In this document: in pieces, positions 43,570 through 56,100 of the stretch | Layout: every line of letters starts with the position of its first letter | Numbering within the stretch: position 1 is the first letter of the stretch | Origin: Octopus vulgaris | Taxonomy: Eukaryota | NCBI GenBank assembly: GCA_951406725.2 | Contig: OX597821.1 | Location: 54,870,001 to 54,934,000 of the forward strand | Direction: 5' to 3' | DNA: 64,000 bases | Notes under the pieces: generated by a model | The model's input: the letters and a program-made list of their open reading frames with translations, nothing else | Databases searched by the model: none | Told to the model about the DNA's origin: nothing | Translations under genes and position numbers: made by a program

Positions 43570-45073
43570 TGTGTGTGTGTATCTTTGTATCGATGTCTGT
43601 TTCTCACTACTACTTGACAACCAGTGTTGGTGTGTTTACATCCCTACAACTTAGCTGTTCAGCAAAAAAGACCTAAGGAATAAATACCAGGCTTAAAATG
43701 GAAATAAGTACTTGGGTTAATCAGTTTGACTAAGAATTCCGCAAGGTGGTGCCCCAGCATGGCCACAGTCTAAAGACTGAAACAATTCAAACAATAAAAG
43801 ATATCACCACACAGCAAGCAGAATTTATTATCATTATGAAAACAAACAAACACCATCAGCAAAAAAAAACCTGCCACTAGCATCTTTAAACTGGTAATAG
43901 CATTGCATTTATACACATCACTGCTTTATGCTCCACCCCATAATTTGTTTACTGTGAGCTGCCAATTAGTGCTATCACAGATCATATGATGACTGGAATA
44001 GCATAAGAGAAACAATCTCTCTTATCAGCTCACACTGCCACCGTCCACATTCTGTGACTGAAGGGAAGATAATCACTCTGAAATGCTTGCATTTTACAGT
44101 TTGGTTAGGTGGCACAGTGAGATGATTTAGGTGAATTTGCACCATTTGTGGAGAAATTTTCTCCATCACAAAAAAAAAAAAAAGTGAATAGCTTACTTAT
44201 GAATTAGAACCTGTCTCAAGCATATTTGAACTGGTAATAACACTGCACATCTATTTAAATTTTACACTCTTACATTGTCTGATTTTTGCTTATTTTTGTT
44301 ATTTTTAAAACCTATTTTAGTTATACAAAATCCCATTCAATACAACACTTCTATCCATCTACTCTGCACCTCAAGCCATATAGCAGTTTAGTTCATCTAT
44401 ATGGTGACCTCTGCTCATTCACACAATGACACAAGCCATCCTCCTACAAGGAGTTTTCTGGTACCTTTATTCTGATTTTGTAGTTTGCAAAATGAGAAAA
44501 GGATGCTGGCCTCTTACTTAACTCTCCTTTATTTGTTAGAGGAAGGGATTAAGTGAGTGGTCCTCCAGAACCTTCTTACTGTCGTAGCTGATACTCTGTG
44601 TGTGAGAGAGAGAGAGAGAGAAAGTGAGAGAGATAAAAAGAGAAACAAGGAGAGAGAGAGAGAGAGAGGTTGGGGGAGAAAGGGAGAGAAATTGACTCCG
44701 GTAATTGACTGATAATTTATTTATCAAACCTGGAGAGATGAAAGAAATAATTTGACCTTGCTGGATTTGAACTCAGAAGATAAAGAGCTAGAATGAATAC
44801 TGTAAACCGTTTATCCAATACTCTAATGATACTGCCGTTCAACTACCAGTACATAATCCATTTCCAGATTTACTAACTTCATCTTAGTAATAATCAATGC
44901 TACTGCACATAGAATTTTTGAAAACGATATCAAAGATAATCAAATACAGGATCTGTCCTCTGCTAACATTATATATATATACATACATGAATATATATAT
45001 ATACACATGTGTGTATATTTATATATATGTATATGTATATATGTATATATGTATGTGTATACGTATATGTATA

Positions 45074-45150
<77 letters not shown>

Positions 45151-45189
45151 TTATACATAAATATCTATGATGCATTGAGTACTGACGTG

Positions 45190-45911
45190 AAGAGTGTGCT
45201 ACGTAATTTTCCTTTTTGGGTCAAGATGACCAATCACATTGAGTAAAGATACTGTATCAAACTCTGGCAAAAATTTGGTGATACACAATCCCAGACTATT
45301 GAGAAGAATCAGAAGGCCTTTGGAGATGATGCTATGGAAAAAACACAAATAAATGGGTAGTACAACTGGTTCAAAGTTCGCTGCACATCAGTGGTCAGTG
45401 AGCCATGAATATGCACCACAAGGTAAGACAATTAACAAAAAATACTACCTGGGTGTTCTTAATCACCTTCATGAAGTTGTGTGGCAAAAATGACCCAACC
45501 TGTGGGCAGGAAAGAACTGGAAACTCAACCATAACAACGCACCACCTCATTCCACCCACACCATCCAAGTGAGTATTCCTTATAAAGCAAAACACACCAC
45601 TTGTTTGTCAGGCTTCCTACTCCCCAGACTTGGTTGCGTGTAACTTTTCACTATTCCCAAAGCTCAAAAAAAAAAGAAAAAGAACACTCAAAGGAAGAAG
45701 ATTTGAGTCAACAGAGGACATTAAGCAAAATTCGATGGCCCAGCTCTACAGCATCGCAAAAAGTGATTTCCAGAAATGTTTCCAGTAGTGGTAGGAATGC
45801 TGGAAGAAGTGTGTAGACTCCCAAGGTGAATACTTTGCAGGAGACTAAATCAAAATTGTGAGTTATTACTTGTTCTTTGGCCAAAGGTCAAATACTTTCT
45901 GACTACACTTC

Positions 45912-45914
<3 letters not shown>
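45190..45914 (+). pseudogene. Internally deleted mariner transposase remnant (second family)
   Basis: MTNHIE*RYCIK..QKAFGDDAM; HEYAPQGKTINKKYYLGVL; HNNAPPHS; YSPDLVACNFSLFPKLK; WKKCVDSQGEYFAGD*. Confidence 0.88.
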
Positions 45915-45974
<60 letters not shown>

Positions 45975-46300
45975 TAATAAATAAAACATATGCATATATA
46001 TAAACATATATGTACGTACCTACCTCTACATATATCATCATCATCATCATTTAACGTCCGCTTTCCATGCTAGCATGGGTTGGACGATTTGACTGAGGAC
46101 TGGCGAACCAGATGGCTGCACCAGGCTCCAATCTTACCTGGCAGAGTTTCTACAACTGGATGCCCTTCCTAACGCCAACCACTCCGAGAGTGTAGTGGGT
46201 GCTTTTACATGCCACTGGCACAAGGGCCAGTCTAGCAGTACTGGCAATGACCACACTCAAAATGGTGTTTTTTACGTGCCATCTGCACCTACACACACGA

Positions 46301-46402
<102 letters not shown>

Positions 46403-46421
46403 GTATATATGTATATATGTG

Positions 46422-46477
<56 letters not shown>

Positions 46478-47026
46478 AAGAGAGAAATACATACACATAT
46501 ACACATATATTTATATGAATGTTCATTCTCTATTATAGAATAGGTTATGCAAGCAAACGAAATAGCATTGTGCGGAAAGTGATTGCTAGATCACAGTAGA
46601 AATATTTTCAATGCTTTCAAACACAGTTGGTGGTCATGAGAAATTGAGCAAAAAGATTTAATCTTATCGAATTTGGTGAATGAATAACCCAAAAAACTGT
46701 ACATCTCACATCACATGTGTCAGCGCTTAAACTGATACAGACAGTTGCCTTTCTGTTACTACCATATTCTTTATGGAGTGTATTGAGAATCTTGATCCCT
46801 CTACTGATCTATATACATTGTTCCATAATCAGATTGCATAAATTGAGATGGATTTTATTGTATTCCTTGAACCAGTATTGTCCAATACAAAGTGAATTGT
46901 TATGTTTATACAAACATTCAACATCATCCAGATTCTTATGCTGACATCAGCAGGAAAAGGTTTCAGAATGGTTTTCCATCATCGTTATCTACCAGGATAC
47001 TTTGTATATGTATCTACTAACATGTG

Positions 47027-47059
<33 letters not shown>

Positions 47060-47066
47060 GTAATAA

Positions 47067-47753
47067 GGTACTACTTAAGAAGAGTGGTCCCAGTGCGTGC
47101 ACTCGCGTACTTGCACATTCGCACTAGCTAGTCGTGACTGGTCAATCCTTACTTTGTGTTTTTATTTTATTTACTTTGTTTTAAAAAATTATTTACTTTT
47201 ACTCTTTTACTCTTTTACTTGTTTCAGTCATTTGACTGCGGCCATGCTGGAGCACCGTATTTAGTCGAGCAAATCGATCCTGGGACTTATTCTTTGTAAG
47301 CCCAGTACTTATTCTATCGGTCTCTTTTGCCGAACCGCTAAGTGACGGGGACGTAAACACACCAGCATCGGTTGTCAAGCAATGCTAGGGGGACAAACAC
47401 AGACACACAAACACACACATACATATATATATATATATACACATATATACGACAGGCTTCTTTCAGTTTCCGTCTACCAAATCCACTCACAAGGCATTGG
47501 TCGGCCTGGGGCTATAGCAGAAGACACTTGCCCAAGGTGCCACGCAGTGGGACTGAACCCGGAACCATGTGGTTGGTAAGCAAGCTACTTACCACACAGC
47601 CACTCCTGCGCCTTTGTGTAAAAAAATTATTTATTTTGTGTTTTATTTACTTTCGCTAGGTAGTCGTTGTAGGATCAACTAGTCACAACAAGCTAGCATG
47701 GATGCACGAGAACGCGAGTGCGCACACCGGGACCACTCTTCTTAAGTAGTACC
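47067..47753. mobile_element. MITE with long TIRs, probable PIF/Harbinger type (TAA target), interrupted by a SINE
   Basis: TAA|GGTACTACTTAAGAAGAGTGGTCCC...GGGACCACTCTTCTTAAGTAGTACC|TAA: 25 bp perfect, ~85 bp imperfect TIR. The TSD is ambiguous because the site is a (TAA)n tract. Confidence 0.85.
47195..47613 (-). mobile_element. Young full-length tRNA-derived SINE (family A, internal microsatellite)
   Basis: A box TGGCTGTGTGG, B box GGTTCAGTCCC, (GTAAAAGA)n tail and an imperfect ~20-bp TSD TTGT(T/G)T(T/A)AAAAAATTATTTA. Older copies lie at ~62-220, 11283-11750, 16305-16700, 20845-21215, 22345-23410, 24912-25290, 27220-27375, 28370-28745, 35118-35650, 36915-37240, 41315-41450, 43350-43800, 48915-49725, 50240-51105 and 59175-59335. 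Confidence 0.92.
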
Positions 47754-47964
47754 TAATAATAATAATAACTGTAATAACAACAACAACAACTACAATAAAA
47801 ATAATAGTATATTTTCTTAAACATTCTCTAGGACAAAACTTTGTGCATAACTAAATATATACGCCCTAGTCATAACACCAGCTTAAACTTCTAATTTGTT
47901 GTCTCTCAAGGTCTCTGGGTGAGACTTGGAGTCAACTTGAACAAATACAAAGCAAAAGTCAAAC

Positions 47965-47998
<34 letters not shown>

Positions 47999-49187
47999 TG
48001 ATTTCGCATTTTGGCACAAGGCCAGCAATTTCCGGGAGGAGATAATCCAGTTACATCGACTCAAGTACTCAACTAGTACTTATTTTATTGACCCCCAAAA
48101 AGGATGAAAGAATAAGTTAACTTCGGCAGAATTTGAACTCAGAATGGGAAGACAGGCAAAATACATTTTGCCCATTGTGCTAACAATTCTATCAGTTCAC
48201 TGCCTTTAATAAAAATGATAATAATTATAATTGTTTCTAAATAATAATAATAATAATAATGGTTTCAAATTTTGACAAAAAGTATAGCAATTTTAGGAAA
48301 AGGGCCAGTCGATTACATTTACCCCAGTATTAAACTGGTACTTTATTTTATTGAGGGAAGCAAGTAAGTCAATTACATCATCTACTACTTATTTTATCGA
48401 CTCCAAGAACATAAAAGGCATAGTCGACCTCAGTGGAATTTGAACTCAGAATATAAATATTGCTGAGCATTTTATCCAACATGCTGACGATTCTGCCATC
48501 TTGCCACATTACTTATCATCATTATCATCACCATCTTCAAAAGTCCACCTTCCATGCTGGCATGGGTAGAACAATTCAACAAGAGCTGGCCAAGCAGAAG
48601 CCTGCACCAAACTTCTGTGACTGTTTTGGCAGGATTTTTACAGCTGGATGCCCTTCCTAACACCAACCACCCAGCAGAGTATAATATATGTTACCCTCAG
48701 TATGTATAGAAAGAAAGTACTGCCTGAAGTCCTAGGACTCATAGGGCTGGTGACCCCACTTGCATGGCATAACATGTCCCTTGAACTAAATGTCAATTTA
48801 TTACAAGGTTACTCATTTACAATTGAGAGAAGTGGAACGAACATGAGTGCAATATCCTAACCACCCAGCCACAAGCCTTCACCTTAGTGTGTATCATATA
48901 TTAAAAATCAGTTTATCTTTTATCTCCTACCTTTTGGCTGTTTCAGTCGTTTGACTCTGGCCATGATGGAACACCACCTCGAAGGGTTTTAGTGTGAACA
49001 AATTGACCCCAGGACTTGATATCTTAATTTCTTTTTAAGCCTAGTACTTATTTTATCACTCTTTTCTGCAAAACTGCTAACTTTTGGGGATGTAAACACA
49101 CCAAGATCAGTTGTCAAGGGGGAAAAACACAGACACAAAGACATACACACACACACACATATGTGTGTGTGTGTGTGTGTGTATACA

Positions 49188-49548
49188 CGAGCAAAACGTA
49201 TCCCATCCAATTAATGGTGCTGAGTAGCCAAACATTTAAACCAAATTTTCTCAAAACAACTTGTCTGACTGTCCCCTATTTAACCTAATTTGAGACACCA
49301 GCAAAAGGAGAAATAAAGATAGACTTTTTTCTATTCCAAGAAAAACGATTTGACAAATGCACGTTCCCACGGCTTTATCGATCACATTCTTACCTGGAAT
49401 CGATTTTTGTAATTTTTTCAAGACTTATACACGCCCAGATACCATCAGCATCTACATATCATATTTGAGCGCAATCGGATGGAGGTTGCCCAAGATCCTA
49501 GAAGACACACACACACACAGACAGACAGAACGGATTTTATATAATAGA
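49188..49548 (-). mobile_element. Non-autonomous Helitron-like element nested in a SINE microsatellite
   Basis: Minus strand begins A|TCTATTATATAAAATCCGTTCTGTCTGTCTGTGTG, with the same architecture as the autonomous 5' end (including an AATCGG motif). The 3' end is degenerate (CTCG instead of CTAG, no clear hairpin). Confidence 0.7.
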
Positions 49549-50880
49549 TATATAAATATTTATGACAGGCTTCTTTCAGTTTCCATCTAGCAATTATACT
49601 CACAAGGCTTTGGTCAGCCCGAGGTGATAGTAGAAAACACTTGCCCAAGGTGCCATGCAGTGAGACTAAACCTAGAACCATGTGGTTGGGAAGCAAGCCC
49701 CTCACTACACAGCCATTCCTACACCTGTCCACACAGCTATGCCTGCATCCATTGTTTGCATAATATTCCTCAATACTACGTAGCCAATATAAATAGCATT
49801 GTTATAAAACAAACCAGTCTGATTAATAAGATGCATGGCTCTTCTAAACATTTCTTTGTGTATGTCTGAAATATTGGATGTTCATTTACATTATTAATAT
49901 TGATTATATTATTGTCAGGTATGATTTCATTATTTCTTATTACTAATTTACTAATTAGGTGTCACTTATCTCAATTGTTGCTTCAGTAATTTCTTTCTTG
50001 TCTAATTCATTTGTTTCACTGAAACTGTAACACTTAATTGTCACAGTATTATTCTCATTAGCATTTGAATAGTAGGCACTTTCTGGATTGATTCTCTTCA
50101 TGTCCATACTAAGGCAATTGCCATACTTACATGAACTCAATCTTAACATTATAAGTACTTTAAGAAAGTAATTTTGACAATACTAGAGAGGAACTTATTG
50201 CAGAACATTTTCATTTCACCAAATATCTTTACTGATCTGCCTTACTCTTTTACAGTATTCAGTCAATGGACTACAAGCATGTTGGAGCACCATTTTGTAG
50301 AGTTAGTCAGGACTCAATTCTAGTCTAGTATTTATTCTGTTTTATTCATTTGCCAAACTGCAAAGCTACAGGAAAATTAAACCAAGACTAGTTTCAAAAG
50401 TTTGGGGATACTCACAGACTCCCACACCCACCCACAACCACACCCACCCACACCCACACACACCCACATGTCCCCAAAGTCCCAAAGTCAATCCCCTCCT
50501 CACCGTGGTGGGGACGCTGGCAACAGGAAGTGTCAGAGCTATGCCATCAGGAACTTCGGTTCCTGGTAGGGCCACCCAAGGTGGATTGGTCTGACACCGA
50601 GTGGTATTAGGGCTACAACCTGGCAGGCGGGGCTCTGGTGAAAATCTTCGGAGTGTCTGTTTCGGCAACTGGTGGCTCCTTGGTCGTTCTGTCCCTGCGT
50701 CTGCGGACAATCTGCAGCAAACCGGATGTCTCTACATGCGGGATTGTTGGGGACTGCTTGTGAAATTCATATTCCCATGAAAATTCTTCCACTGCCATGG
50801 TTTGAGATGCCTCGAGGGTGGTAGAAGAAGCCGATTCAACCTGCTCAGGGTGAATGTCACCACAAGTAAGTAAATAAGTG

Positions 50881-50939
<59 letters not shown>

Positions 50940-52414
50940 ACACACAACAGGTTTCTTCATAGTTTCCATCTACCAAATTCATCTACAAGGCAATGATTGG
51001 CCTGAGGCTATAGTTGAAAGTGTTTGCCTGAGATACCACACATTGAGATGAAACTCAAAACAACATTGTTTCCAGTTTAACTTATTAAACACACAGCCAT
51101 GCCTGCTGCCATCATAAAACTTTAAATCTTGCCTTCAAATAAATATTACCCTTTTCTAATTTTTACTCCTTATATCCCACATAGTAAAAGTAAAGACCCT
51201 CTTCAGTCATGAATGACCATGTGATTGCACCCAGAAAGTTTCCCTCTAAGGCACAAGTCCAGAAAAAGTTGTTCATGTAAGACCAGCAGTTGTCTATGCA
51301 TACCAACCTCCCGTCTCCATGCCACCAATGTTATCTAAGGGAAGGGCAAAGTCTGATACAGCTTGGCACCAGTGACATCACAACTCATTTTTACAGCTGA
51401 GTGAACTGGAACAACATGAAATAAAGTGTCTTGCTCACGAACATAGTACACAACCCGGTCTGGAAATCAAACTTACTACCTCATGATTGTGAGCCCAACA
51501 CTGTAACCATTGAGCAATGTGCCTTCACATAAGTTACAATAATAGAAATAAGTAACTTCATGAGAGTCAATGGAGACATTAAAAATCACATAAAAGCACG
51601 TTCATATTCGTTTTTACTTTATTTATGTTGCATAAAGCTAACTTTATATTAGTCTTGCTTAAGCATTGCAAACTACGGATATTCCTCTTGATACAATACT
51701 ATAACTATTGATTCAAGAACCACTGTAACCTATGAACCAGTCATGGACAATTTGTGGCCGATGGGACTTTCTGAAAAATTACATTGAAACTTTTTAATAG
51801 TGTGGCCAACTTCTTGGAGGAGGTTGCCCATACCTGTCACAGACCTTCATCTTCATATATCATAGTAATGACTAAAGCACAAATCATTCATCTTTCTACA
51901 GCACAGCAATGATTGACAATGTTACTGATGATCAGAGGTTATTAATAAAAAAGAAAAAGAGGAGATTGATAATAACTGTCATGTTTTGTTCCTGTTAAGT
52001 CTAATGATTATACAATTCAACAGTCAATAATTATACAACATTTAAATGAGAGAGAGATCTGTGAAGATCACCAAGTAAACCTCCTACCATAAGTTTCTTC
52101 TTTCAGTATTTTAATGTAGGAATATGAAGTTCTAAATCTAAACTGTAGCAGTCATTAATGGCATATGTCTGAGATAAGTAGTCTTTAATGATGATATTTT
52201 TTTCATAACTAAAGATAAGTTAATATTTCAAAGAATTATAATCTTAAGAGTGACATAACGTAAATTTCTCATATTTTATTTAAACCACTGAAGTATAGTG
52301 ATAAATTTTTTAAAGAGAACTTTATTTAACCTTTTTTTTTTCTCTGCAGAATATCTATAAATTATATTGATTTCTAAACTTCTAAAATGAATGACTAAAC
52401 TTTAAATGATTGTG

Positions 52415-52600
52415 TATATATTTTACAGGGTAGAATTTTTATTTACTTCTATTCCAATTCCTGAAATGGTACTAATACAAAAATCTATATTCTCTCTGTG
52501 CTAAATGCTTATTTACCACATTTTAATATCTTGATTCACTTGTTGATCAAATATAATTTGGTAAAACTAAAACAAATTCATGAGCAAGCTTAATTAATGT
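52415..52600. repeat. 186-bp direct repeat, copy 1
   Basis: TATATATTTTACAGGGTAGAATT...GCAAGCTTAATTAATGT; matches 59452-59637 with two substitutions that I could see. Confidence 0.95.
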
Positions 52601-53026
52601 ACAATAGCAAACTTTATATTTTGAGTTTCATTTGTATTTTCAAATCTTGAAATTTATTTAAATTAAAACTACCATAGGTCATTTTCAAAATTGATAATAT
52701 TTTGAGTTACCTGAATCATAACTTTTGTTACTCATGATTCTAGAAGATTATACAGAATATTTTCTCAAATTCTTTGTGATTTACTAGAAATCTTTATGGT
52801 TGATTTCTTTTTCCATCTATATCTCTTAAATCTCTAAAAAGGCTACTGTTCTATGACTTCATATGCATTAAAAATTTTCACTGCAAGTAACTTACAACTG
52901 GTTTAAAGATTTAGATCAATGTGTAAGAAATCTGAGATATCAAGTACTTTGTCAAAGTAACTGAAAATGTATCTGATTGTACACAAATACAGACGCATGT
53001 GTGCCTACACCCATTACATTTATATA

Positions 53027-53054
53027 CTAGCAGCATAGCCCGGCGTTGCCCGGG
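53027..53054 (-). other. Helitron 3' terminal hairpin plus CTAG (rolling-circle termination signal)
   Basis: CCCGG-GCAACG-CCGGG stem-loop 8 nt upstream of the terminal CTAG on the minus strand. Confidence 0.92.
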
Positions 53055-53148
53055 TATGTAAGAGCCCCTAGTAGGCAACGACTAATCCCAATGTAGTCCT
53101 TTCCCTCCAGGGAACGAAGGTGCATGTGGACGTTGCAATGTCTTGTCT

Positions 53149-56100
53149 TCACTGGAATACTTCTGTATATACGATGTTCCTAGCTGTCCGTTTGGGCGAA
53201 AACATGAAAACATCATTGCGCCTCCCAACGCGTGAACAGCCCACGTAGAGTTGACCGTGGGCGAAGCACTGTTCGCCCAAATGTAACCCAGCGACTTGTA
53301 GCGTTTGGCCTTGGGATTTATTGATGGACATTGCGAAGCAGAGTTTAACAGGAAACTGAGAACGCCTGAAGTGGATTGGTAGGTCAGCGCCCGACGGTTG
53401 AAGGTGCATCCGTGGAATGAAGACGTCCTCTCCCTTCCCACAACCGGTAAGTATTGTGGCCGTTATTAAATGTGGTGCCAAATGTTTCACAACCAAACGT
53501 GTGCCGTTGCACTGTTTAGGTGGAACCAAATTCCTGATGAGCATAATGGGCGCACCGACTTTTAACTTCAGGATGTGTGGTGGCAGGCCTGGCGGTTCAA
53601 GTGAATTCAAGAATTCAACAGGATAATCGGCAAGCTGGGCGGGGTCTGCTGTCCTATCTATAGATTTGTAGACGTGGACATCACCAGGAATAGCTTCAAG
53701 TAGCTGGATATTGATGGAGTTGACGGTTGTATTTTTGGGTGCGAGAATAGCTCTGCCTGCCAGCCATTTTAGGTCGCGTAAATTGTTTTGTAGGTCGTGG
53801 AAGACAGCGTCCCGGAGGCTAGCAGGGGTATCGACAATGGTGCAAAGTGAGTCCAATTGAACGTAGCCATCCGCATCAGACAGCATCCTATTTTCACCGA
53901 GCGATAAGAGGTCCCTGGAGAATGCAGCGGATCCGCTGTCACCAATTAACTGCGCGCGCATGTTAGTTTGGAGGTGCAAGGGCCGCACATGTGCCCAAAG
54001 AGCTGACGACTTAAGGCACGCGCACACGGCATCGGCACGGGTTCCTTTTGGAATAACAGGTAGAGTCTGCCTGAAGTCTCCTGAAAGAAGTAAAGTTAAT
54101 CCTCCCATGGGGGCCGTAGAGTCTCTGATGTCTTGCAGGGACCTGTCCAGTGCCTCAAGGGCGCCTTTGTGTGCCATAGTGCACTCGTCCCATACGATGA
54201 GTTTGCATCTGCGCAGAATGTCGGCCTGTTCTGAGTTCTTGGCGATGTTGCAGATAGGTGACTCGGACTTTGCCAGATCGAGCGGGAGTCTGAAGGCAGA
54301 GTGGGCGGTTCTGCCACCCGGAAGCAACGTGGCCGCGATACCAGAGGAAGCTACAGCCAGGGCAATGTCCGTGTTGCGTCTGACCTCTGCCAGAATTAGT
54401 TTAGTGACGAAGGTTTTGCCAGTGCCGCCGGGTGCATCAAGGAAGAAAATCCCCCCACGTTGCTGTCTGACAGAGTCTACGATGGTGTTGTAGGCTATGC
54501 GCTGGTCTGGAATCAGCCGTGGTTCATTATCTTGGACGTACTGGTGCAGTTCCTCAATGCAGTAGGAAGTTTCGCGTAACAATTCAGCAGACATAACATT
54601 GGCGTGTTCACGTGTGGGTGGTGGAAGGCCGTACTCTGTTAAAGCAGACCCACCCATATCGATGACAGCGTCTTCGAGTTGAATGAGCGCAAAATTGTAA
54701 ATGAAGTTGGTGAACGTGATCTCGGCGGAAGGGCAGTGTTGCTGAGCCGTACGTAAGAAGTCGTGCGACATGTCATCCCTGTATTTCATCCAGAGACTTA
54801 GTGGATCACTAAGCTGACATTTTTGAAGAAGGATTGCGAAAAGATGTCGTAGGGCCGAATGCGTTTGCAGTAAAGCACCCTCTGCCATCGTGGCGTCCCA
54901 CTGGGAGTCATCCTCTAGAAGGCCAAGTCTCATACATGCTTCCCTGAAGGTGTCGCACAGAACCCCATTGACGGTACGTATATTGGCGAAACCTGTTGGA
55001 CCAGTGACCTCATGTAGAAGGAGACGGAGGTAGAAGCATTCTTGCTGGTTTGGCGGGATGTTGTAAACTCGACCCAGGCAGGAGTCAAACTTGACGCCTG
55101 GGAAGCTTTCGACGTTTTTGCCGGATTTCCGTCGGACCCAGGTGTTTTTAGACCACACGAAGTACGATGGGACCTGTGGGTACAAAAGCGTTCGAGCGAA
55201 GTCATCACGTTGGCATAATTTGAAGAAACCAGTCAACGTTGTGTCTTTAGGGCTGGTGGCTATGTGCACAGCACTTTGCTCTGTGAAGTAAATCCGCTGT
55301 CCATTTTCCAAGTGTACAGCAAGCTGCACCACAGCCGGGTGTCTCTGATGGAGCGGGAAGCCGTAAATGCGCCAAAACGCTTCGTTGCTGCTGAGGTACC
55401 GGCCAGCCAAGTAGTTGGACACTTCGTCGCGACTGGTGGTCCTCTGGATGCTGAACATGGCAGCATCGCTGCCTTTGTTGATATATTTGCAGACATATTG
55501 TATTGACCTGATGGAGCTGCAGAACTCAACGTTGACGTGGGCTTTGAATATCTTCGACAGGAGAGGACAGTAGGGGACAATGTAGCTGTTGTCCACTTGA
55601 TGTCGCCCAACCGTAATCGTGCGGCTTCCATTGGCTGGACTCCTTCGTTTGTACAGCGGATACCCATCGCCGCCTGTTTGAGTCTCCAAAGTGAACCGTT
55701 TAGGGAATCCCTTTGAGCAGGCTAATCCGTTTTTGTAGCATGGTGTGTTGGCGTAATTTGGTCCACAGGGCCCGTGTACCATGGTAGTGCGGACAATTTC
55801 GTAGAGTCCGGGGTCCTCATCGGGGTCAGGAATCTCGGCGGAAATGAATTTGTCAATGTCATTAGTCTCGATTTTATGAGTGAGCCAAATTAAGATGTGA
55901 GCATGTGGCAAGCCCCTCTTTTGCCACTCGACCGAAAACATGTGGCACCTGACATGCCCGAAAATCTGACCCTTAACTATCAAATCCTTCATTTTGCCCA
56001 AATTCAGACGGAAAACCCTAGCAACGATATCGTGTCGATGGGTGTGAGATTGACCCGGGAGGAGTTCGCGAGTGATTTCGTCGCAGCTGGGATTGCACGT

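Noticed and set aside
47540-47613. tRNA-like A/B boxes as tRNA genes
   Set aside because: They are SINE heads joined to SINE bodies and tails; no complete cloverleaf.
49955-50149. Minus-strand ORF resembling a protein C-terminal exon
   Set aside because: No convincing splice acceptor or recognisable domain.
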